Virus record (IMG/VR): IMGVR_UViG_3300047481_002482
DNA: 20,000 nt
Direction: 5' to 3' (one strand)
From: an uncultured virus (IMG/VR IMGVR_UViG_3300047481_002482)
Lineage: Duplodnaviria > Heunggongvirae > Uroviricota > Caudoviricetes
Positions 6,274 through 14,696 of this stretch are shown piece by piece. Each line of letters opens with the position of its first letter. The first letter of the stretch is position 1. The position numbers were made by a program, and so were the translations under genes. The notes under the pieces were generated by a model. That model was not told the DNA's origin, did not search any database, and was given only the letters and a program-made list of their open reading frames with translations.

Positions 6274-6302
6274 AAAAGCCCGCTACCCGCGGGCTTTTTT
6301 TT
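6274..6302 (+). terminator. Intrinsic terminator after tmRNA
   Basis: AAAAGCCCGC-TACCC-GCGGGC followed by a T run. Confidence 0.9.
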
Positions 6303-6373
6303 GGCCGCGGTATGGGCCTACTAAATATCTCAAGCAGCGCCGGTATCATGCCGACGCCGGATCAAATCGACGC

Positions 6374-6402
6374 TTGACATAGCAATGTCTTTACTGTATT
6401 AT
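6374..6402 (+). promoter_or_regulatory. Sigma70-type promoter upstream of the Bug/TctC gene
   Basis: TTGACA 6374-79, 17-bp spacer, TATTAT 6397-6402; each box overlaps a palindrome. Confidence 0.55.
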
Positions 6403-6466
6403 CAATACAGAACGCCGTCCGTAAGCATCTTTGCTAGCACAACTACTCAAGTGATATGGAGACACA

Positions 6467-7375
6467 ATGATCCGTTTCTTTACGATGGTGTTATTATTCG
6501 CATTCTTTGTGCCCTCGCATGCAAAAACCATTCCAATAATCATACCATTCAGCGCAGGGGGCGTGACAGCTTTGACCTGGCAGATCATAGAACCCTATGC
6601 TAATCAAAAACTCAAACAAAACGGTATTGTTCTACGCACAGAGCATCTGCCCGGGGCTGGCGGAGGGATCGGAGCGGCTGCTGCCTTAAGGCGGCAAGAA
6701 GGTACCTTAGTTTTCACATCTACCAGTGTGGCATTGTTGCCATTGATCAATCCTGCTTTTGATTACCAATTAAGTGATTTTTCTCTGGTGAATCATGTGG
6801 GCCAATATCCATTGGTATTGTTTGCATCGACCCAAATTAACACGTGGCAAAATCTCTTGGTCAAATGCCGTAAAGGCCCAGTTAGTTTTGGCAACAGTGG
6901 ACATGGCAGCATGACGGCGGTGACCGGTGAGGCCATATTTAGATCAATGGGTTGTAAAAGCGAAATGATACCATATAAAAGTGCCAGCCAGGCCATGCCG
7001 GATTTGGTCCAAGGAGTGATAGATACAGTGGTAGATCATCCCACGTTGCCAAACCTGGACCTGGCGCGCACTGAGAGAATCAGACCTATCATGGTGTTAT
7101 GCCAAAACAGAATTTCTGTGCTTCCTCATGTACCTTGTCACGGAGAACTTGCCATAGACACCGATTTCGCTAACTGGCATGTGCTTTTGGCCAATCAACT
7201 CATTGATCGTAGAGATATGGAAATGGTAAAACATGCGGTCAATCAAACTTTGCAAGATCAAGAGGTGCGCAGAGCTCTGCAGAAAATGGGCATGAACAAC
7301 ATAGGCGGCACCGTACCGACTGACTTTTTATTACGAGAGCAGCATAAATTCAGACAGAGTTTAACAACTCAATGA
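6467..7375 (+). CDS. Bug/TctC family tripartite tricarboxylate transporter substrate-binding protein
   Basis: Signal peptide; motifs IIPFSAGG, PGAGGGIG, GNSGHGS and IPYKS...DLVQG typical of Bug/TctC; GGAG RBS. Confidence 0.88.
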   Translation: MIRFFTMVLLFAFFVPSHAKTIPIIIPFSAGGVTALTWQIIEPYANQKLKQNGIVLRTEHLPGAGGGIGAAAALRRQEGTLVFTSTSVALLPLINPAFDYQLSDFSLVNHVGQYPLVLFASTQINTWQNLLVKCRKGPVSFGNSGHGSMTAVTGEAIFRSMGCKSEMIPYKSASQAMPDLVQGVIDTVVDHPTLPNLDLARTERIRPIMVLCQNRISVLPHVPCHGELAIDTDFANWHVLLANQLIDRRDMEMVKHAVNQTLQDQEVRRALQKMGMNNIGGTVPTDFLLREQHKFRQSLTTQ

Positions 7376-8505
7376 CTCCGAGATCAATCATCCCGCATCC
7401 AGATAAGTTTGGTTTTTATCAGGTAGGCGATCGTAAATCTTACAGTAAGATCGAAGCATTAGAATGGCAAAGATCCACTGGACTCTGGCCTCAATGGAAT
7501 TTCAATGCCGAGATATTTGGAAATTTTGATTGGAAAAATGAGCCAACTACTGATCTCTGGTCGCTTTATAAAATACGGGCAAGGCAGATCAGAGAAGCAT
7601 ACGACTATTGTGTGATTTTTTACAGCGGTGGTTCTGACAGCCATAATCTCTTGTCGGCCTGGTTAGACGCCGGTTGCAAAGTGGACGAAATTGCCACTTT
7701 CCATTATTACTCTGGCAGCAGAGACAAGTTATCTTTCATGAACGCAGAAATTACTTTGGTTGCCTTGCCTTTCATCCAAGAACTGCAAAAAAAAATTGAC
7801 TTTGAGTTCCGCCTCATCGACCTCAGCCAAGATATCATAGATTTGGTTAGAAACTTCTCTCATGATTATGGTTACATGGTGTCAAAAAATCTCTCGCCTA
7901 ACAACCATGCCAAAGTGTTTTGGAGAGATCGGATTGAGGAATATCGTCGGCGTATTAGTCGCGGAGAACGCGTGTGTTTTGTCTGGGGCAGCGACAAACC
8001 TATGGTGCATTACGATGGTAGATTCTACGTGAGATTTTTGGATATAATTGATAACTGTGTGGGACCTTATTGTCAACAGAATTTCCACAATGGTTATTTC
8101 GATGAACTGTTTTACTGGAGCGCGGATCTACCTGCCTTGATTTCTAAGCAGGCACATGTAATCCGAAGATTTTGCACGACTGTTAACGATCACCAATGGT
8201 ACCAATCCAGTTTCAGCGAATTTGGATTCAATCCTGTTATACAAAAATATCTTACCGCGGATGCTGTCAAACAAATACTTTATCCAAGATGGAATGCTGA
8301 CACTTTTTGTGATGGCAAGAGTCGCAGCTTTATCTGGAGCGATCGTGACATGTGGTTCATCAACGGAAACATCAACGAAACACAGAAATTTCGTGCTTTA
8401 AGTTTGGACATCATGACAACATTGCATCCCCAGTGGCTAAACGATCAAAACGACAAACTCAAAGGCATAAAATCTCATGTGAGCCCAAATTACTACATAG
8501 AGTAA
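7372..8505 (+). CDS. PP-loop (adenine nucleotide alpha hydrolase-like) protein
   Basis: IFYSGGSDSHN PP-loop and WGSDKP; ATGA overlap with the upstream gene. Confidence 0.7.
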   Translation: MTPRSIIPHPDKFGFYQVGDRKSYSKIEALEWQRSTGLWPQWNFNAEIFGNFDWKNEPTTDLWSLYKIRARQIREAYDYCVIFYSGGSDSHNLLSAWLDAGCKVDEIATFHYYSGSRDKLSFMNAEITLVALPFIQELQKKIDFEFRLIDLSQDIIDLVRNFSHDYGYMVSKNLSPNNHAKVFWRDRIEEYRRRISRGERVCFVWGSDKPMVHYDGRFYVRFLDIIDNCVGPYCQQNFHNGYFDELFYWSADLPALISKQAHVIRRFCTTVNDHQWYQSSFSEFGFNPVIQKYLTADAVKQILYPRWNADTFCDGKSRSFIWSDRDMWFINGNINETQKFRALSLDIMTTLHPQWLNDQNDKLKGIKSHVSPNYYIE

Positions 8506-8514
8506 ACCAAGAGG

Positions 8515-8543
8515 TTGACCGATAAATCGTTTTTTCTTACAAT
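8515..8543 (+). promoter_or_regulatory. Sigma70-type promoter
   Basis: TTGACC 8515-20, 17-bp spacer, TACAAT 8538-43. Confidence 0.75.
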
Positions 8544-8578
8544 AATTTAAGTTTGTAAACAACCGAAAGGAAAGCCCT

Positions 8579-9670
8579 ATGTCCGTAGAACATCGCACCG
8601 TTACCGCGGTTGGTGCCCGCCGAGCAGTGATGAAGTGTTTCGCCAAACGCCGCCCCATGTTCCTGTGGGGTCCTCCCGGTATTGGCAAGAGTGAAGTGGT
8701 AGCCCAGATCACCCGAGAACTAGGTGGCTTCATGATCGATCTACGACTGGGCCAGATGGATCCCACTGATATCCGGGGTATCCCGTTCTATAACAAAGAG
8801 CTGGGCAAGATGGACTGGGCTCCACCCATCGACTTGCCGGATGCAGACCTGGCCAGCCAGTATCCCATCGTGGTCTTGTTCATGGACGAAATGAACTCGG
8901 CGGCTCCGGCTGTGCAGGCTGCGGCTTACCAGCTGGTGCTTAACCGACGAATTGGCAAATATGTGCTGCCTGACAATGTTGTGATGGTGGCCGCCGGCAA
9001 CCGTGAATCGGACAAAGGCGTGACCTATCGCATGCCCACACCGCTAGCCAATCGTTTCGTCCACGTTGAGATGCGCGCGGATTTTGCTACCTGGCAAGAC
9101 TGGGCCGTGCTTAATGGCATCCACAAAGATGTGGTAGGCTATCTTTCGTTTGCCAAACAAGATCTCTATGACTTTGATGCTAAATCGTCAAGCCGTGCGT
9201 TCGCTACGCCACGATCGTGGTGTTTTGTAAGCGAACTGCTTGAAGACGAAGATCTAGACGATGTCACTGCCACTGATCTCATCGCTGGTACCATTGGCGA
9301 GGGTTTGGCAGTTAAATTCCAGGCCCATCGTCGGATTTCCGGCAAATTGCCACGGCCCGAAGATATACTGTCGGGCAAGGAGAAAGAACTGCAGGTCAAA
9401 GAAGTTTCAGCCATGTACAGCCTGGTGATCAGCCTGTGCTACGAGCTTAAAGATGCGCTAGAAGTGCGCAAGGTCACTGACAAAGAGTTCCACACCATGG
9501 CAGACAATTTCTTTGGCTACATGATGAAGAACTTCGAGACTGAGCTTGTGGTTATGGGTGCCCGTATCGCGCTCACGACCTACAACCTGCCGTTCCAACC
9601 TACCAAGCTCAAGAACTTCGACGAGTTCCATCAGCGGTACGGCAAGTACATCCTCCAAGCCAACTCTTAA
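8579..9670 (+). CDS. MoxR-like / dynein-related AAA+ ATPase
   Basis: Walker A GPPGIGKS, Walker B VLFMDE, AAGN sensor and LANRF arginine finger. Confidence 0.92.
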   Translation: MSVEHRTVTAVGARRAVMKCFAKRRPMFLWGPPGIGKSEVVAQITRELGGFMIDLRLGQMDPTDIRGIPFYNKELGKMDWAPPIDLPDADLASQYPIVVLFMDEMNSAAPAVQAAAYQLVLNRRIGKYVLPDNVVMVAAGNRESDKGVTYRMPTPLANRFVHVEMRADFATWQDWAVLNGIHKDVVGYLSFAKQDLYDFDAKSSSRAFATPRSWCFVSELLEDEDLDDVTATDLIAGTIGEGLAVKFQAHRRISGKLPRPEDILSGKEKELQVKEVSAMYSLVISLCYELKDALEVRKVTDKEFHTMADNFFGYMMKNFETELVVMGARIALTTYNLPFQPTKLKNFDEFHQRYGKYILQANS

Positions 9671-9712
9671 CTGTCAACAGGGTGGGATCCATACCGCAAG
9701 GGACATAGGGCT

Positions 9713-9952
9713 ATGTCGGATCCTGCCCTCCCCACATCCATAGTCCGGATCGAGTTCCGGCCATATAGCCATCAAGAAGTTCAAGATCTACTACGCGAGG
9801 TCACTCTGGATTTTGGTCCACCGGGCAGTCAGCGGAGATGGCAGTTTGTCACTGCCCAGACTCCGGATACCCAGACCAATCTCTGGATCGTGGATTTCCA
9901 TTTCCGCGACGCCAATGATGCTGTGATATTCGGCCTTAAGTATCAGAAATGA
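9713..9952 (+). CDS. Hypothetical protein (79 aa)
   Basis: Fills the gap after the ATPase; C-terminal [16 protein letters not shown] resembles small phage proteins. Confidence 0.6.
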   Translation: MSDPALPTSIVRIEFRPYSHQEVQDLLREVTLDFGPPGSQRRWQFVTAQTPDTQTNLWIVDFHFRDANDAVIFGLKYQK

Positions 9953-9953
9953 T

Positions 9954-11114
9954 CTAGCGGAGCAATATTTTTTTAACCAATGGTAGGTTCTGTGGTAACA
10001 CGACTTCTCTACCATCCACTCTGCCATTGTTCCAGATTCTTAGGCAAGTATCAAAATTGTTCACTAACTCTTCCACGATTGTTTGCCGGAATTCATTGAA
10101 GAAATGCTGTTTGTTAAATAATAAGACAGGCAGCATGTCTTGGTACAAATCATCCAATTCTTTCCTAGACAGAGCACACAATTTTTCTATGATGTTTACA
10201 ATCATGTCTGATCTCCGATCGACATCGGCTACCGAATCATAGGATTCATCCCACCAACGATCAAAAGTTTTGAATCCATAACTGCGTAAATAAGCCAGAT
10301 TGCCCGGAGCCGCTGCCAATACAAAAGGTCTCAAAGCCACAATAGGTTTGAAAACTTTTTCTGTGAGATGTAATTTAGAGTGGTAAAAAACTGTCTCATT
10401 TACAACATGTACAAATGAATTTTGCCATAGTGCATAGGTTCGATGATTAAAACATGCACTACTGGTTCCATCTATCTCTACCTTGTCTACTATCAATGGC
10501 CATTGCTTCGCCATCTCTGCACATTGCGACATCAGTTTTTTATCATTGTCTGTGATCAAACTAGATGGACAATTGATTTCTTGTTGTAAATCGGATTGAT
10601 TGGCGTGTAAACTTATGTCGCCAAAAGGGTGCAGTTGTTTCAGCAAAAATCTGCATACCAGGGACATTCGATAGGCTCGAAAATTTCGTGACAGATGATT
10701 AAGGCTGCAGAATACCTTGGTTGGTTGTATGTTAGTGTCAATAAATCTGCTGTCCGCAAACCAATCAAGTGCTGCGAACCCATGATAGAAAAAGTACCAA
10801 TCCATCATTCCGTATTGTCGACAAATCTTTTTTTTGATGGCAGAATGCTCGCTGTTGGCAAGGATAGTAACAATTTTACTGGGTGATGTTCTCAAGAGGC
10901 TGAGATACAACACTCCAAGGTCGTCTGACCAGATTGGTTCCTGATCGAAATGATATAGCACATGGTGCTCCTGCTTGCACTCAGGTCTACCGCTGTATTG
11001 AAACTGACTAAGTCGGTCTTTTGTACCAAAAGGATAGTAATACCAAGTATCCAGACCCGATGGTTTGAGAAGATTACTGTGCAAAATCCAGTATAAATTT
11101 TCAATCGAAGGCAT
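9954..11114 (-). CDS. Glycosyltransferase-like phage protein (paralog of 18294-19337)
   Basis: C-terminal HVVNETVF...LHLTEKVFKPI...PF...GNLAYLRSYGFKTF...WDESYD, reminiscent of the GT10/GT-B nucleotide-sugar-binding region. Confidence 0.6.
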   Translation of the reverse strand: MPSIENLYWILHSNLLKPSGLDTWYYYPFGTKDRLSQFQYSGRPECKQEHHVLYHFDQEPIWSDDLGVLYLSLLRTSPSKIVTILANSEHSAIKKKICRQYGMMDWYFFYHGFAALDWFADSRFIDTNIQPTKVFCSLNHLSRNFRAYRMSLVCRFLLKQLHPFGDISLHANQSDLQQEINCPSSLITDNDKKLMSQCAEMAKQWPLIVDKVEIDGTSSACFNHRTYALWQNSFVHVVNETVFYHSKLHLTEKVFKPIVALRPFVLAAAPGNLAYLRSYGFKTFDRWWDESYDSVADVDRRSDMIVNIIEKLCALSRKELDDLYQDMLPVLLFNKQHFFNEFRQTIVEELVNNFDTCLRIWNNGRVDGREVVLPQNLPLVKKILLR

Positions 11115-11156
11115 ATCGTATGTATTTCACTTGATTCCTGCCTGCATTTATCCAGG

Positions 11157-11185
11157 TTGACCGGAAATTACTGAAATCGTATAAT
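11157..11185 (+). promoter_or_regulatory. Sigma70-type promoter
   Basis: TTGACC 11157-62, 17-bp spacer, TATAAT 11180-85; TAAGGAG RBS follows. Confidence 0.8.
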
Positions 11186-11206
11186 AATTAAAATTAAGGA
11201 GCAATC

Positions 11207-12490
11207 ATGACAACACCATCCGCAGTAGATACCGCCAATCGAGATGATGCCAAACGGTTCGCCAATCTCATCGGCCCTATGGATTCCAAATTAGATCGCG
11301 AAGTGCGCGAGATGCTGGTCACTGCCCGGGTGGGTATGTTGCTCCGTGCTTCGTTCTTTGGTAATCTGGCCACCCGACTACGACTGGTCAATGCAGATGA
11401 ATGGTGTGCCACGGCTGCTACCGATGGAAGGAATTTCTATTACAACAGCCGATTCATCAAGATGCTCAAACCCAAAGAGATCGAGTTCTTGTTTGGTCAT
11501 GAAGTGCTCCATTGTGTGTATGACCACTTTGGCCGCAGAGGTGAGCGTGACCCGCAGTTATGGAACATCGCCAACGATTTCTGCGTAAATGGTGATCTCA
11601 AGAAGCACCGTGTGGGTGAGTTTATCACTTCGGTGCCTTGCCTGTATGATCAAAAATACGAAGGCAAAAGCTCCGAAGAGATCTACGACATCTTGTACGA
11701 AAACGCCGAAAAGATCTCCATAGATGATCTCATCGATCGAGTGTTGGACGAGCATATGGGTGATGATGAAGGCGAAGGTGGAGCAGCGGGCGAAAACACA
11801 GGCAAAGGCAAAGGACGGCCGAAACTGTCTGACGAAGAACGCCAAAAGATCCGTGATGAGATCAAGGAAGCCATGCTGTCGGCGGCCCAGACATGTGATG
11901 CTGGTAATCTTCCAGCGGGGGTCAAACGACTGATACAAAACCTTACCGAACCCAAAATGAACTGGCTAGAATTGCTCCGCATGCAGTTAGAATCTACGAT
12001 CAAGAGTGACTACACCTGGTTGCGATCGAGCCGTAAGGGTTGGCATGTAGATGCAGTGATGCCAGGCATGAAGACCACCGATGCTATCGACATCGTTGTC
12101 GGCATAGATATGTCTGGTTCGATCACAGATGCCCAGGGCCGAGACTTCCTGGCCGAGGTCAAGGGTATCATGGAGGCCTTTGATTCATATCGTATCCACG
12201 TGGTATGCTTTGACACCGAAGTCTACAATCCTCAACAATTTGACAGTGACAATCTCGAAGATATAACGGGCTATGAACTCAAGGGCGGTGGTGGTACAGA
12301 TTTTGAGTGTGTATTCAACTATCTCAAAGACAACGACATCGAGCCCAAAAAACTGGTGATGTTCACGGATGGCTACCCATTTGGTGCCTGGGGAGATCCC
12401 AACTACGCGGACACGGTATGGATCATCCATGGCAATCCCAACCCCGATCCCCCGTTTGGTGTGTGGGCCAAGTACGGCGACACTGACTGA
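11207..12490 (+). CDS. DUF2201-type metallopeptidase with a VWA-like domain (MoxR partner)
   Basis: TAATDG, HEVLH (HExxH), WNIAND, MIDAS DMSGS, GGGGTDF and FTDG. Confidence 0.9.
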   Translation: MTTPSAVDTANRDDAKRFANLIGPMDSKLDREVREMLVTARVGMLLRASFFGNLATRLRLVNADEWCATAATDGRNFYYNSRFIKMLKPKEIEFLFGHEVLHCVYDHFGRRGERDPQLWNIANDFCVNGDLKKHRVGEFITSVPCLYDQKYEGKSSEEIYDILYENAEKISIDDLIDRVLDEHMGDDEGEGGAAGENTGKGKGRPKLSDEERQKIRDEIKEAMLSAAQTCDAGNLPAGVKRLIQNLTEPKMNWLELLRMQLESTIKSDYTWLRSSRKGWHVDAVMPGMKTTDAIDIVVGIDMSGSITDAQGRDFLAEVKGIMEAFDSYRIHVVCFDTEVYNPQQFDSDNLEDITGYELKGGGGTDFECVFNYLKDNDIEPKKLVMFTDGYPFGAWGDPNYADTVWIIHGNPNPDPPFGVWAKYGDTD

Positions 12491-12506
12491 TTTCGCCAGA
12501 ATCGTC

Positions 12507-12542
12507 AAAAACCCTGTGGATTTCCATCCACAGGGTTTTTTT
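12507..12542. terminator. Bidirectional intrinsic terminator
   Basis: AAAAACCCTGTGGAT-TTCC-ATCCACAGGGTTTTTTT. Confidence 0.9.
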
Positions 12543-12559
12543 GTGGCGTAAATATCTAC

Positions 12560-12763
12560 ATGGAAAATGGATCCACACAACTTTCGATCACTGATCTAGC
12601 AGTGATCAAAAACGCCATCGATCTCGCCTGTAGCAGAGGAGCATTCCGTGCTCCAGAGATGAAGGCAGTGGGAGAAGTTTATGACAAACTTTCCACATTC
12701 CTAGACACAGTGATCAAACAGGCCGAGGCAGAAATGCAGGCAGGCCAACAAGGAGACGCATAA
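12560..12763 (+). CDS. Hypothetical phage protein (67 aa)
   Basis: Follows TAAATA (12549-54); helical protein with an RGAF motif; TAATG overlap with the next gene. Confidence 0.75.
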   Translation: MENGSTQLSITDLAVIKNAIDLACSRGAFRAPEMKAVGEVYDKLSTFLDTVIKQAEAEMQAGQQGDA

Positions 12764-13449
12764 TGATCAAACATATTGGTAAACATGGTGACCGCAAAGT
12801 GGCCATCGTTTTCAGGGAAGTACCGGGGGAAGAGCACATGTGCTTGGTAGTGTATCCAGATGTATTGCCAGTGGCCATGCACGATGCCATGATGAAGGTG
12901 ATAGAATCGGAACCTGGACAGGCTGCCGAAAATCTCGGTGATGCCTTGTTCCGCAGCCTTTTCAACGATGGTAGGCCCATGTTGCAGACTTTGCATGTGG
13001 AAGGTATGATCAAAAAGGTGCAGTGCCGCCAGGTCACTGTGACGCCCACAGCCACCAGCCATGTGAATCTAGAAGAGATGAACGGCATCATCCGCAAGAT
13101 GAAACTGGGCGAGGATGCTATACGCGAAATGGCGGACCTTGATGCCAATCGCGGCATGACTGGTCGTGTGCGACAGAAGGATGACTTTGGCCGCGAAGTA
13201 GGTGCGCCTAACGAGTTCGTGCGTGGTGCCAGTGTGGCTGGTAGTGATGCTGCCCGTGCTTTAGATGATTTGGCCATCGCCCGAGATCTACAGACACAGG
13301 CTACACGCATGGCAGCGGAAGCCAAATCATTGCTGGCCGAAAGTGAACGCCTAATGAAAGAAGCAGCCACGATGGGCGTTGGGTCCGAAACTGCACCGGC
13401 CAAAAAAGCCGGGCGTGTGAAAAAGGCCCGGGCTACAGATGTTGCTTGA
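12763..13449 (+). CDS. Hypothetical phage protein (228 aa)
   Basis: AGGAG RBS; coupled start; C-terminal coiled coil and basic tail. Confidence 0.8.
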   Translation: MIKHIGKHGDRKVAIVFREVPGEEHMCLVVYPDVLPVAMHDAMMKVIESEPGQAAENLGDALFRSLFNDGRPMLQTLHVEGMIKKVQCRQVTVTPTATSHVNLEEMNGIIRKMKLGEDAIREMADLDANRGMTGRVRQKDDFGREVGAPNEFVRGASVAGSDAARALDDLAIARDLQTQATRMAAEAKSLLAESERLMKEAATMGVGSETAPAKKAGRVKKARATDVA

Positions 13450-13738
13450 TCATGATTTCCTGACGAGATGGGAAGAGATAGTCAACGCCGTAGACAAAGA
13501 TCACTGTCCAATCGCTGTGGTAAAAAAAGTAATCTTCCGTACCCATGGTGGACAAAAGACTATCAATCTCAAAAATCTGCGCAGGCAAGGCATAGATGAT
13601 GAAGGAATAGAGCAGGCAGTTAGTTCTTTCATCGAAAACAACGAACATCAGATCAAAAGCATGGAACTGGTGTTAGATGTGGAAGCAGTGGCCGGAATCA
13701 TACAACCAGAAACCGACAAATTGTTGAAAGACATGTGA
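13439..13738 (+). CDS. Hypothetical phage protein (99 aa)
   Basis: Overlaps both neighbours in operon fashion. Confidence 0.7.
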   Translation: MLLDHDFLTRWEEIVNAVDKDHCPIAVVKKVIFRTHGGQKTINLKNLRRQGIDDEGIEQAVSSFIENNEHQIKSMELVLDVEAVAGIIQPETDKLLKDM

Positions 13739-14421
13739 TGCATGTTCGCTTGGTTTCCTATTCAAGACCCACTGAGGGATTTGCCGATCACGGTATCACG
13801 GATGCGCAGGATCTCGTGGCCTTTTGCGCCCGTGTCAGCAACCCATCGAATCAGTTCAACACAGAGACATCAGAACGGCTCATCCGATACCTTGTACGAC
13901 ATCAGCACTGGTCACCCTTGGAGATGGTTTCGGCCTGCATGGAAGTCACCACCACCCGAGATATCGCCAGACAGATCTTGCGACATCGGTCTTTTTCTTT
14001 CCAAGAGTTCAGTCAGCGATACGCAAACCCTGTTCGAGGCCTTGAGTTCGAGCTTCGACCAGCGAGGCTGCAGGACACCACAGACCGACAGAATAGTGTG
14101 GAACTGAATCTCCGCGACCCAGAGCACAGAGAACTGTCTGACATATGGATTGAAAAACAACAAGATGTCATTAGAGCCGCTCGAGAAGCCTACAGTTGGG
14201 CTATCCTTAATGGCATAGCCAAGGAGCAGGCCCGCTGTGTGCTGCCGGAAGGAAACACGCAGAGCAGGCTCTACATGAACGGCACCTTACGATCGTGGGT
14301 ACATTTTATCGAGCTAAGGAGTGCCAATGGCACACAAAAAGAACACCAAGACATAGCCCGTGCTTGTGCTGAGGTCATAGCCACTGTGTTTCCTATGGCT
14401 ACCGAATTCGTAGGCGAATAG
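13738..14421 (+). CDS. thyX: FAD-dependent thymidylate synthase
   Basis: ThyX signature RHRSFSFQEFSQRY, plus HWSPLE, AKEQARCVLP and LRSWVHFIELR; start at GTG 13735 or ATG 13738. Confidence 0.97.
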   Translation: MHVRLVSYSRPTEGFADHGITDAQDLVAFCARVSNPSNQFNTETSERLIRYLVRHQHWSPLEMVSACMEVTTTRDIARQILRHRSFSFQEFSQRYANPVRGLEFELRPARLQDTTDRQNSVELNLRDPEHRELSDIWIEKQQDVIRAAREAYSWAILNGIAKEQARCVLPEGNTQSRLYMNGTLRSWVHFIELRSANGTQKEHQDIARACAEVIATVFPMATEFVGE

Positions 14422-14430
14422 ATCCTATCC

Positions 14431-14439
14431 TGCTATAAT
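14431..14439 (+). promoter_or_regulatory. Extended -10 promoter (probably leaderless transcript)
   Basis: TGCTATAAT lies 5 nt before ATG 14445; no RBS. Confidence 0.6.
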
Positions 14440-14444
14440 CAGGT

Positions 14445-14696
14445 ATGAAGATCAATTTCCATTCTTTTACCATGGGCGATGTTGATGATGTAGATATCTA
14501 TGCCGCCCAGCCCATCTATGAATGGCAACAGACTGATCATGGTCGATGGGTCATGGAAAACGCACACAATCTCACCTATCATACAGTGCCGGACCAAGCC
14601 TTGATGGGACATAGGGTAGTAATAAGAGGTGAGATCACAGATTCACGAAAAGTCACGGAGTATTATCTAAGATGGCCAAAACAACAAAAATACTAG
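14445..14696 (+). CDS. Hypothetical phage protein (83 aa)
   Basis: ORF directly after the promoter, overlapping the next gene. Confidence 0.7.
   Translation: MKINFHSFTMGDVDDVDIYAAQPIYEWQQTDHGRWVMENAHNLTYHTVPDQALMGHRVVIRGEITDSRKVTEYYLRWPKQQKY

Noticed and set aside
5802..6324. Track ORFs 5802-6116, 5790-6065 and 6127-6324
   Set aside because: They run across tmRNA structural parts; the region is better explained by ORFs 5738-5896 and 5986-6105 plus the tag frame.
6394..6410. LexA box
   Set aside because: Spacing is CTGT-N9-ACAG, not N8.
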